Shown one piece after another: positions 24,761 to 32,000 of a stretch of 32,000 nt of DNA (the stretch's first letter is position 1; each line of letters opens with the position of its first letter). The notes beneath the pieces were generated by a model. That model made no database searches. It was given only the letters and a program-made list of their open reading frames with translations, and was not told where the DNA came from. The DNA is taken from NCBI RefSeq assembly GCF_000092465.1, contig NC_014205.1, forward strand, positions 570,001-602,000, read 5' to 3'. A program made the translations under genes and the position numbers. Source of the stretch: Staphylothermus hellenicus DSM 12710 (GTDB lineage: Archaea; Thermoproteota; Thermoprotei_A; Sulfolobales; Desulfurococcaceae).

Positions 24761-25511
24761 ATCCAGCTCTCACCAACCATGATGCAAGGGGGACTGCTAT
24801 AGATGCACCAATTACTGCTTGTCCTATATTAACAGGGATCTCTACTATAGCAGCTACGGGTTGTCTACCGGTTAATGGATTACTTACGAAGTATTCATAT
24901 AGAAAATACCCTATAACCATTTCTAATCCTGCAAAGATGAGAGCTAATGGTTCCCAAGCTGTTACTAGTTTCTTTACTAAAACATATGATAGAGAAGCAC
25001 CTATTACTAGAACAATAATGATCCATACATATACTGGTATCTCTAGGTATGCTGAAGTAATTGTTAGGGATAAGAACTGTTCGGGCCCAACATATGTTGG
25101 TCCGCTCCAGTAATATATTGCGAAGAAGATAAGCAGTAATGTATATAGTGCTCCAATAAGTGCTCCCACAGCAGCTTTTATATTTCTTGCTTTATCGCGG
25201 AACTTCCATATAAGCCAGCCAGCAAAATATCCTTCTATAAACTTTATTACTGCTGTAGCAGGAGCAAATATTCCATAACCCGTAGAGAGATCAGCTAGTG
25301 AAGCACCTATTCCTCCAGCTAAAGCAGCAACTATAGGGCCATGAAGTATTGCTGCAAGATAAATAACAGCTTCTCCTAGATTAAAGTATCCTCCTGTGAC
25401 TGGTTGATATATTTGAATAGCAATAGTTGCAACATATACTGCTACAATATAGATCACTATTGTAACAATATCTATTCTACCCTTATAGCTCAAGATCCTA
25501 TCCCTCCACAT
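24738..25511 (-). CDS. Polytopic membrane protein, probable ECF substrate-capture (S) component
   Basis: The protein has ~7 TM helices. The GxGAxLADL..G....PAT..IKF.EG pattern resembles ECF S components (ECF_trnsprt-like). Its stop overlaps the ecfA start by 23 nt. Substrate is unknown. Confidence 0.55.
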   Translation of the reverse strand: MWRDRILSYKGRIDIVTIVIYIVAVYVATIAIQIYQPVTGGYFNLGEAVIYLAAILHGPIVAALAGGIGASLADLSTGYGIFAPATAVIKFIEGYFAGWLIWKFRDKARNIKAAVGALIGALYTLLLIFFAIYYWSGPTYVGPEQFLSLTITSAYLEIPVYVWIIIVLVIGASLSYVLVKKLVTAWEPLALIFAGLEMVIGYFLYEYFVSNPLTGRQPVAAIVEIPVNIGQAVIGASIAVPLASWLVRAGYGRGKSD

Positions 25512-25616
25512 TTTTCTATTATCAAATACTATTAGAATCTAATATAAAGTTTATACTTTAAGATACGCTTTAAGATTATATTTATGGAAAGCATTAAAAA
25601 CCCGAAAATTATCGAT

Positions 25617-26924
25617 TCAACTCCTTGATTTCTTATATGATGGAAAATATACCTTCCTATTTTCCAAGAACTTAGAATGGATAAGTCCCATTCTTTCTAA
25701 TTCCTTAAGATGCTGATAGACTGCTTGAACAGATATTCTTAATCCAAGTCTTTTCCATATCTCGTATCCTGTTAATCCTGGTTTTTCGGATACAATTTTC
25801 AATATTAGTGATTTAGTTGAGCCTGGGAATGGAGTATATCTTTCTCTACTAGGCCTCGTATAGGAGCTTGGGCCTTTCAATCCGTGTCCGGTCAGCAGTA
25901 TTATTGAGTTCTCAACTCCCCCCATTTTTAGTGCTCCAGCTAATGCCACAGCGGAGGAAGGCTCTACAAATAATCCCTCTTTCATAGCGAGTTTCTTAGC
26001 TGCTTCATATACTTGTTTGTTGTTCACAACAATGGTCTCCCCATGTTTATCTATGATTTCTGAAACATATTCTTTCAATACAGGCTTCCTATAGTATAAG
26101 CCGGGCATTGGTTCTTCATTGCACCTAGTAGGATTACCGTGTATAGAGGAGTATACGGGGTTAGCACATGTTTCAACACCTATAAGTCTAGGTATGTGAT
26201 CAATAATATTGTTTGTTAGCATTTCTGAGAATCCATGATAGAGACTTAGAAGTGTTAATCCACTACCCAATGGAACATATATTGCTTCGGGAATACCTCC
26301 ATACTGCAAATATATTTCGTAAGCAATAGTTTTCAATCCTTCCATAGCTAATATATTATAAGTACTCGATGCATTGTAGAGTTTTTCCTTCCTAGTTCTT
26401 CTCTCAACATATTGTAGTAGAGTATCTAGATCCTCTTTACTAACAATTACTTTTGCACCATAAGCTTTCATTAATAATATTTTTTCGGGATCAGCCCATA
26501 CAGGAACATATATTGTAGCAGGTAATCCTGCTTTAGCTGAATAAGCAGCAATGCTTGCACCCATGTTTCCATCGCTTGCAACAACCAGTCTCTTAGCACC
26601 CTGATCTAATGCATCGCTCACAACTAGTGCGGCCGCTCTATCTCTAAAACTACCAGTTGGATTCCTACTCTCATCTTTGAAATATATATTCTCATCTCTG
26701 AAGAGATTATCTGATCTAATCAGTGGAGTCCATCCCTCCCCCAATGATATTCTATGATTAGTTTGTGGAAGCATTTTTGAAAAAATCCATATACCATTAT
26801 TTCCCCATTCTATAATCCATTCAAAACCATGGATTACTTCGAGGAGCGAGCCACAATTAGGGCAATTATATCCTCTATAACTATTATTTTCAAATCCGCA
26901 TTTCAAACATTTAATCTTAATCAT
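25617..26924 (-). CDS. Threonine-synthase-like fold-type-II PLP-domain protein with N-terminal zinc ribbon, Lys-to-Arg change at the PLP site and C-terminal PadR/ArsR-like winged helix
   Basis: The zinc ribbon is CLKCG..x..CPNCG. YFKDESRNPTGSFRDRAA aligns to the ThrC signature L.KDE..NPTGSFKDR, but codon 26645-26643 is AGA (Arg). VASDGNMGAS is the counterpart of ASTGNTSAS. The C-terminal LILKIVSEKPGLTGYEIWKRLGLRISVQAVYQHLKELERMGLI is a wHTH. Confidence 0.8.
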   Translation of the reverse strand: MIKIKCLKCGFENNSYRGYNCPNCGSLLEVIHGFEWIIEWGNNGIWIFSKMLPQTNHRISLGEGWTPLIRSDNLFRDENIYFKDESRNPTGSFRDRAAALVVSDALDQGAKRLVVASDGNMGASIAAYSAKAGLPATIYVPVWADPEKILLMKAYGAKVIVSKEDLDTLLQYVERRTRKEKLYNASSTYNILAMEGLKTIAYEIYLQYGGIPEAIYVPLGSGLTLLSLYHGFSEMLTNNIIDHIPRLIGVETCANPVYSSIHGNPTRCNEEPMPGLYYRKPVLKEYVSEIIDKHGETIVVNNKQVYEAAKKLAMKEGLFVEPSSAVALAGALKMGGVENSIILLTGHGLKGPSSYTRPSRERYTPFPGSTKSLILKIVSEKPGLTGYEIWKRLGLRISVQAVYQHLKELERMGLIHSKFLENRKVYFPSYKKSRS

Positions 26925-26943
26925 TTAAAACATACACCCTTTT

Positions 26944-27408
26944 TTATTTGAGGGGTAAGTGCTGGGTTTCCTTAACTGTTCTAAATACAATGCTTGTCAA
27001 TGTATGTTTAACGCCTGGCTTGCCTAGTAGCTTTTTTATGAAAGCATCTAGTTCTTCTATTGTTTTAAAACTAGCTATTAATGCTATGTCGTATTCGCCT
27101 GTAATATCATATACTGCTTGTATATTAGGGTTAGATGCTATGTCTTGTTCAACCTTGATTAGGTTTTTGCCTTCTGCGTTTACTAGTATTAATGCTCTTA
27201 TCTGGTATCCTAGTTTTCTATAGTCTATATCGATAGTGTATCCGTGTATAATTCCATGTTTCTCAAGTCTCTTGATTCGATCATATATTGTTGAAACAGG
27301 CTTGTTTAGTTTTGAAGCTATTTCTCTAAAGCTTTTTCTAGAATATTTTCTTAGTTCGTCAAGTATTTTAAGATCGATATCATCGAGTAGGGGTGTATTT
27401 CTGGTCAA
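26944..27408 (-). CDS. Lrp/AsnC family transcriptional regulator (full length: HTH + RAM)
   Basis: LDDIDLKILDELRKYSRKSFREIASKLNKPVSTIYDRIKRLEKHGII is the AsnC-type HTH. The RAM domain is YQIRALILVNAEG...AVYDITGEYDIALIA. Its stop is 19 nt upstream of the ThrS-like start. Confidence 0.85.
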   Translation of the reverse strand: MTRNTPLLDDIDLKILDELRKYSRKSFREIASKLNKPVSTIYDRIKRLEKHGIIHGYTIDIDYRKLGYQIRALILVNAEGKNLIKVEQDIASNPNIQAVYDITGEYDIALIASFKTIEELDAFIKKLLGKPGVKHTLTSIVFRTVKETQHLPLK

Positions 27409-27521
27409 GTTATTATCTCACCCAATATACCGTATAATATCTGTATAGTCCACAGTAATTTTTAATATTTTGTTCGAAAATATAAATCGATTCCTGTATA
27501 ATATATGGAAGATGCAGTAAG

Positions 27522-28865
27522 ATGAACCGAATAAAATTCGTTAACCTATATTTCACAGATTTAATCGGTGTTTTCCGTAGCACATCTATCCTGCTCAGCA
27601 ATGATGAGGATCCATCAAGTGTTACAGCTTTATTTGACGGTAGTAGTGTATATGGTTTTCTCGATATATCTTTCAGCGATGTAGTATTGAAACCAGTTAA
27701 AGAGACAGAGATACTGCTTCCTTGGGATAAAAATGTATATGGATATATTGCTCAAGTATATCTTCCCGGGTGGAAGAGGCTCGATAGAGACCCGAGATAT
27801 ATTGCTGAGAGAACTGAGGATATTATTCGCCGCGAAGGATATAGATCGGTTATGGGTGTTGAAATGGAGTTTTTCCTTTTCGAGAAGCTAAAATACATTG
27901 TTGAGGCTGGTAGGCAAATATTAGAGATATATTCAGCTGAGTCTCCATGGACTGATAATATAAGCATACCCTTGAAGAAGGGATATCATATTGTTGAATC
28001 TATTGATAGAGTCGCACATATTAGAAGATCTATAATTTTAGCTCTTCACGAAGCAGGATTAAATACTGTTAAGCACCATCACGAAGTAGCTAGTAGTGGA
28101 CAAGTAGAAATTACTAGTAATAAAGAAAATACTGTTTCCCTAGGCGACTTCATACAATACTTTAAAATGATTGCTAGAAAAGTTGCGAGAATGCATGGGT
28201 TTGAAGCAGTCTTTATGCCTAAGCCGATTATGAGCGATAATGGGAATGGTATGCATATACATGTAAGCTTGTGGAGTAAGAATATAAACTTATTCTATGA
28301 TCAAAACGAGAAATATGGTTTAAGCCAACTTGCAAGATATTTTATGGGGGGTCTCCTAGACCATGGACGGAGCTTATCAGCAATAGTTTCCCCCACAACG
28401 AATAGTTATAGAAGATTAATACCAGGCTATGAAGCGCCAGTGTATCTTGTATGGGGCTATGCTAATCGTAGCGCTGCAGTAAGAATACCACTGGCAAACA
28501 AAGACAAAGGTCTTGCAACCAGAATAGAGTATAGACCCCCCGATCCAACAGCTAATCCGTACCTTGCAGCTTCAGCTATACTACTCGCTGGACTGGATGG
28601 AGTGAAGAAAAAGATTGATCCAGGCGATCCCATAGAAGAAAACGTATACAAAATGTCTGCTGAAAAAAGGAAAAGTCTAGGAATAAGAGAACTACCTAGA
28701 AACCTGGATGAAGCATTAGACGAGCTCGAATCTGATCATGAATATTTAAAACCAGCTTTTAGAGAAGATGTTATTCAAACATATATAGAGCTGAAGAGAA
28801 GTGAGATTAGAGAATTAGCAGGAATACCTTCTCCCGCAGAATTCCTCTACTATAACCTCATCTAA
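27522..28865 (+). CDS. glnA: Glutamine synthetase, type I
   Basis: The GS catalytic motifs are present: GVEMEFFLF, HHEVASSGQVEI, NGNGMHIHVSLW, NSYRRLIPGYEAP, AVRIP, RIEYRPPDPTANPYL. The ORF is 447 aa. Confidence 0.9.
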   Translation: MNRIKFVNLYFTDLIGVFRSTSILLSNDEDPSSVTALFDGSSVYGFLDISFSDVVLKPVKETEILLPWDKNVYGYIAQVYLPGWKRLDRDPRYIAERTEDIIRREGYRSVMGVEMEFFLFEKLKYIVEAGRQILEIYSAESPWTDNISIPLKKGYHIVESIDRVAHIRRSIILALHEAGLNTVKHHHEVASSGQVEITSNKENTVSLGDFIQYFKMIARKVARMHGFEAVFMPKPIMSDNGNGMHIHVSLWSKNINLFYDQNEKYGLSQLARYFMGGLLDHGRSLSAIVSPTTNSYRRLIPGYEAPVYLVWGYANRSAAVRIPLANKDKGLATRIEYRPPDPTANPYLAASAILLAGLDGVKKKIDPGDPIEENVYKMSAEKRKSLGIRELPRNLDEALDELESDHEYLKPAFREDVIQTYIELKRSEIRELAGIPSPAEFLYYNLI

Positions 28866-29040
28866 CCATGTAGTATTGTCTTTTCTAAAACCTAGGGGAT
28901 AAACTTCTATCAATAAATATTCTACGAAGAATACTCTATAGAGATACAATTAATTAATGGTTATTTATTATTAAATCCATAATTTAGAATAATGCTTTAC
29001 GAAACAAGCATACACGTAACTGTAGAGCGGTGTCTTCAAA

Positions 29041-29745
29041 GTGTCTTACATATTGTTATCACCTGTAGACATAATTATTGATTCCCGCGAGAACTCGAAA
29101 CATCCCGAGTTTAGGAAAGAGTTTCAAAGTCATGGATTAAAAACTGCTGTCCAACCATTACCAGCCGGTGATTTCCTATTATTGGCTGTTCCAGGTAAAA
29201 AACCTGTTCTTGTCGAGAGGAAAACAGTAACCGATCTCGGTAATAGTATTAGGGATAATAGAATATGGGAGCAAGCAAAACTTTTAGCAGAGGCTGCTGA
29301 GAAAGAGGGTTATCAACCATTTCTTGTTGTTGAAGGATGGCTTGGAGTGTTAGAGAAGTATAGGGGGTGGAAGATCCAGAGTGTTCTACGTGTTATAGAT
29401 GCTTTAATGCTTGATTTCAGAATCCCCGTCCTCAATACTCCTAATAAACAAGCAACTATTGCATGGCTCATTGCCAAAGCTAAGAGTCTGGGGAGAACTG
29501 AGGAGAAGAGAATCTATAGGATGCGTGTTGAGAAGAAGCCTATGAGTTTAAAGGATAGAATACTATATGTTGCTGAAAGCATTGTTGGCCCCACTCTTGC
29601 ACGTAAACTACTACGCGAGTTCAAAACTCTCCGCAACATAGCTAATGCTAGCGTTAAGGAGCTCATGGTTGTTGAGGGGATTGGTGAGAAGAGAGCTAAT
29701 GAGATATATCTCATATTTAATACTGAGTGGAGCGATGATCAATGA
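29041..29745 (+). CDS. xpf: XPF/ERCC4-family structure-specific endonuclease, short crenarchaeal form (nuclease + HhH2)
   Basis: The ERCC4 motifs are IIIDSRE, GDFLL and VERKTVTDL. The C-terminal tandem helix-hairpin-helix is LREFKTLRNIANASVKELMVVEGIGEKRANEI. The start is GTG. Confidence 0.8.
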   Translation: MSYILLSPVDIIIDSRENSKHPEFRKEFQSHGLKTAVQPLPAGDFLLLAVPGKKPVLVERKTVTDLGNSIRDNRIWEQAKLLAEAAEKEGYQPFLVVEGWLGVLEKYRGWKIQSVLRVIDALMLDFRIPVLNTPNKQATIAWLIAKAKSLGRTEEKRIYRMRVEKKPMSLKDRILYVAESIVGPTLARKLLREFKTLRNIANASVKELMVVEGIGEKRANEIYLIFNTEWSDDQ

Positions 29746-30776
29746 TGAACACGTGTTTCTCAGATTATACACTATGTTATGCTTTGTTATCAGCACTCAT
29801 ATCTTTCATGATCACATATACTGTTCTACCCCTATGGATTAAGCGTGCCCAAGAAATAGGTTTCACGGGTAAGGATATGAATAAACCATACATGGTACAA
29901 GTAGCTGAAGCAGGTGGTGTATGGGTCTCAATAAGTGTAGCTTTCGGGATCCTATTCTTCATCGCCCTAGAGATCTATATTGGTGGACTACATAAATACA
30001 TTGTTGAATTAATGGCTTTATCCCTCCTATTATTTCTCTCAAGTTTTCTCGGGTTTTTAGATGATATTTTAGGGTGGAAGAAAGGATTACGTGTAATATA
30101 TAGAATAGTATTAATGGCTCCACTAGCCATCCCCATGATGGTAATCAAAGCAGGTCATTCAACTATGAATATACCATTTATTGGAGTAGTAGATTTCGGC
30201 TTAGCTTATCCATTAATCCTCGTACCCATAGGTGTTTTAGGTGCAGCCAATGCTTTCAACATGATTGCCGGATACAATGGATTAGAGGCATCGATGGGTT
30301 TACAGTTAATGTTATTCACATCCATATATACATATATCAACAATGTTCATCCAAGCTTTGAAGCATCACTAATAATGTTAGCAGCAATAACTGCGTTCCT
30401 CATATACAATTGGTACCCTGCCAAAATATTTCCAGGCAACTCTTTCACATATGGTTTAGGAGCATATTATGCAAGCCTTGTTATTCTGGGAAATTTTGAA
30501 AAATACGGATTAATGCTTTTTACATTATACTTTATAGAGCTAATCCTCTTCATAAGGGGATTAATAAATGGGGTTTATAAAGAAAATTATGGTAAGGTAA
30601 GGAATGATGGAACACTTGAACCCCCATATGATAAAATCTATAGTGTTACACATTTAGCTATCAAGATCCAGCTATTCATTAGAGGAAAAGCAACCGAGAA
30701 AGGAGTAGTTATAGTATTAAATATTATACAGTTCTTTATAGGATTACTATCTCTAATACTTATCAACATCATATAA
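29742..30776 (+). CDS. aglH: UDP-GlcNAc:dolichyl-phosphate GlcNAc-1-phosphate transferase (glycosyltransferase family 4, AglH-like)
   Basis: The protein has about 10 TM helices. It carries the MraY/WecA/AglH motifs GFLDDILGWKK and GAANAFNMIAGYNGLE. Its ATG overlaps the xpf stop (ATGA). Confidence 0.8.
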   Translation: MMNTCFSDYTLCYALLSALISFMITYTVLPLWIKRAQEIGFTGKDMNKPYMVQVAEAGGVWVSISVAFGILFFIALEIYIGGLHKYIVELMALSLLLFLSSFLGFLDDILGWKKGLRVIYRIVLMAPLAIPMMVIKAGHSTMNIPFIGVVDFGLAYPLILVPIGVLGAANAFNMIAGYNGLEASMGLQLMLFTSIYTYINNVHPSFEASLIMLAAITAFLIYNWYPAKIFPGNSFTYGLGAYYASLVILGNFEKYGLMLFTLYFIELILFIRGLINGVYKENYGKVRNDGTLEPPYDKIYSVTHLAIKIQLFIRGKATEKGVVIVLNIIQFFIGLLSLILINII

Positions 30777-30908
30777 TCCCCCATCACTTTTAAATATGAA
30801 GAGGATTATACTCTGCTTGCCAAATTCTTTCAATAAGGAAACGAGTTATGACCGCTTTCAATTTCAAACATAAAAGCTGAGAGAAATAATTACAAAAAAT
30901 AACGGTTT

Positions 30909-30957
30909 GAGAGGGGCTTCCGGGATCCCAGCTCTTCTCCACAGATTTGAACCCCCC
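30909..30957 (+). ncRNA. GC-rich hairpin element, possible small RNA
   Basis: A 10-bp stem pairs GAGAGGGGCU (30909-30918) with AGCUCUUCUC (30930-30939). Two of its pairs are G-U only on the plus strand. The 11-nt loop contains the palindrome GGGATCCC. The sequence CACAGAUUUGAACCCCCC follows. Confidence 0.3.
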
Positions 30958-31179
30958 AGTTTTCTTAAGTGTTAGTTCTGAGTCTAACTCAAGAAATAAA
31001 ATTTTATGACTGTTCTCTAAAAGTTTAAAGAAGTATTGAGCCTAGTTTATTTCGTACTTATAACTATTGAGTCGTATTTTTGTGTTGAAAAGCTAGGTTA
31101 CCCCCATTTAATGTTTAAACATATATCTTGCTTGTTATTTTCTTTCGCCATAATACTATTGCTTTCCGTGATTATGTGG

Positions 31180-31272
31180 TTAGAAGGAGGGCGCGGTGAA
31201 TACGTCCCAGGCCATTTCATCCATAACCCAAGCCCTCTACGGGGCTTGGGCGTCTAGGCCGTTAATTATTTT
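31180..31272 (+). ncRNA. GC-rich small-RNA candidate carrying a 16S-rRNA-like sense segment and a 9-bp hairpin
   Basis: CGCGGTGAATACGTCCC (31192-31208) is identical to a universally conserved 16S segment. The hairpin pairs CCCAAGCCC with GGGCTTGGG (31227-31235 / 31242-31250). A TATA-like CATAATACTA lies about 25 nt upstream, and a T-run (TTATTTTTGTT, 31266-31276) lies downstream. Strand assignment is tentative. Confidence 0.35.
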
Positions 31273-31294
31273 TGTTAAAAATAGTTGATATGGT

Positions 31295-32000
31295 TTACTT
31301 GTTTTCGCCTTTTAAGTATTCTTCTAGTAATTTTTTAGCGTAATCATATCTTATTTTTCCCTCACCAATCATTCTCTCAGCTATCTTATCTATTAGTTCG
31401 CCAGTTGCACCCGCCATTATAGCTAGGTTTCTGGCATGTAGTCTCATATGTCCTTTCTGTATTCCTTCGTGAACAAGTGCTCTTAGAGCAGCTAGGTTTT
31501 GAGCTAAGCCTACAGCAGCCATTATCTCCGCTAATTCCTTAGCAGTCTTTACTCCTAGTATTTTTAATGCTATCTTAGCTATTGGATGAACTTTTGTGGC
31601 GCCGCCCACGATTCCAACTTGTAATGGTAGCTCGAGGCTTCCAACAAGCATTCCTTCCTCATCTAGCTCCCATGTGCTTAACGGCTTATATACTCCTGAT
31701 CTAGCAGCATATGCGTGTGCTCCCGCCTCTATTGCTCGATGATCTTGGGCTGTAGCTAGTGCTACAGCTATTATTCCATTCATTATGCCCTTATTATGTG
31801 TAACAGCTCTGTAGGGATCGGCTTCTGCTAGAATACTTGCTTCAACAATTTTCCTCGCAACATCTTTTCCGCCAACATCTTCTGGATCTGTGCGAGCCAA
31901 TGCCCGAACTATTCTACGAGTAGCATAGTTGCTTATTATTCGGAGTCTTGCTTCACCACCGGTAATTTTCTCTAATAGTGGAGCAATAGATTCAACCATA
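31295..32000 (-). CDS. hmgA: Hydroxymethylglutaryl-CoA reductase (class I, NADPH), C-terminal part; 5' end lies beyond the window
   Basis: DPYRAVTHNKGIMNGI, LPLQVGIVGGATKVHP and AAVGLAQNLAALRALVHEGIQKGHMRLHARN are the conserved C-terminal catalytic-domain motifs. The ORF is open to the window edge. Confidence 0.85.
   Translation of the reverse strand, partial: MVESIAPLLEKITGGEARLRIISNYATRRIVRALARTDPEDVGGKDVARKIVEASILAEADPYRAVTHNKGIMNGIIAVALATAQDHRAIEAGAHAYAARSGVYKPLSTWELDEEGMLVGSLELPLQVGIVGGATKVHPIAKIALKILGVKTAKELAEIMAAVGLAQNLAALRALVHEGIQKGHMRLHARNLAIMAGATGELIDKIAERMIGEGKIRYDYAKKLLEEYLKGENK

Noticed and set aside
24733-25113. Plus-strand ORF 24733..25113, opposite the ECF S-component gene. 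The same reasoning applies to 23047..23316 and to the minus-strand ORFs inside glnA, Taw1 and xpf.
   Set aside because: These are shadow ORFs within well-supported genes.
30944-30957. tRNA T-arm-like string on the minus strand (GGGGGGUUCAAAUC), considered as a tRNA or split-tRNA half.
   Set aside because: The 3' side of the would-be T stem (CUGUG) does not pair with GGGGG. No acceptor, D or anticodon arms can be drawn on either strand.
1-32000. Scan for CRISPR arrays, IS or transposase genes, integrases, prophage genes, toxin-antitoxin pairs and recognisable defence genes.
   Set aside because: I found no direct-repeat/spacer periodicity, no terminal inverted repeats and no DDE, tyrosine or serine recombinase motifs. 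No nuclease/ATPase defence signatures were seen either. The window looks like core chromosome.

Overview
This is an AT-rich archaeal chromosomal segment, roughly one-third GC by eye. Genes are tightly packed and often overlap at stop/start codons. The content looks crenarchaeal and Desulfurococcales-like: short XPF nuclease, Taw1, AglH, class-I HMG-CoA reductase, a two-thioredoxin-fold disulfide oxidoreductase, and a split LplA/LplB lipoate ligase. I did not assign a species. I support about 33 protein genes. They include glnA, a SpeA-type arginine decarboxylase, a RibL-like FAD synthase, an NDP-sugar pyrophosphorylase/phosphohexomutase fusion, an ECF transporter module (S, fused A-A', T), an ABC ATPase operon with secreted and membrane proteins, and a lipoylation cluster (lplA, lplB and two radical-SAM genes of LipS1/LipS2 type). 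I found no tRNA, rRNA, CRISPR array, transposase or integrase. Because the background is so AT-rich, GC-rich intergenic islands stand out as RNA-gene candidates. I call two box C/D sRNA candidates (8772-8852 minus strand, 22650-22725 plus strand). I also call a ~195-nt highly structured minus-strand RNA of unrecognised class (16255-16448) that overlaps the 3' end of a tandem ParB/Srx-domain gene, and two smaller islands at 30.9 and 31.2 kb. The 31.2-kb island carries a 17-nt sense copy of a universally conserved 16S rRNA segment. The most interesting protein-level observations are: (1) a threonine-synthase-like protein whose PLP lysine is replaced by Arg and which carries a C-terminal winged-helix domain, in an operon with an Lrp regulator; (2) a disulfide oxidoreductase with an Asp-Pro/His-rich insertion directly before its first CxxC, co-operonic with a DtxR-type metalloregulator and preceded by a DtxR-box-like palindrome; (3) an uncharacterised 270-aa gene abutting lplB with no intergenic gap in the lipoylation cluster; (4) a four-gene surface-glycoprotein/ABC operon. 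All functional calls rest on motif recognition by eye, and no database search was possible.
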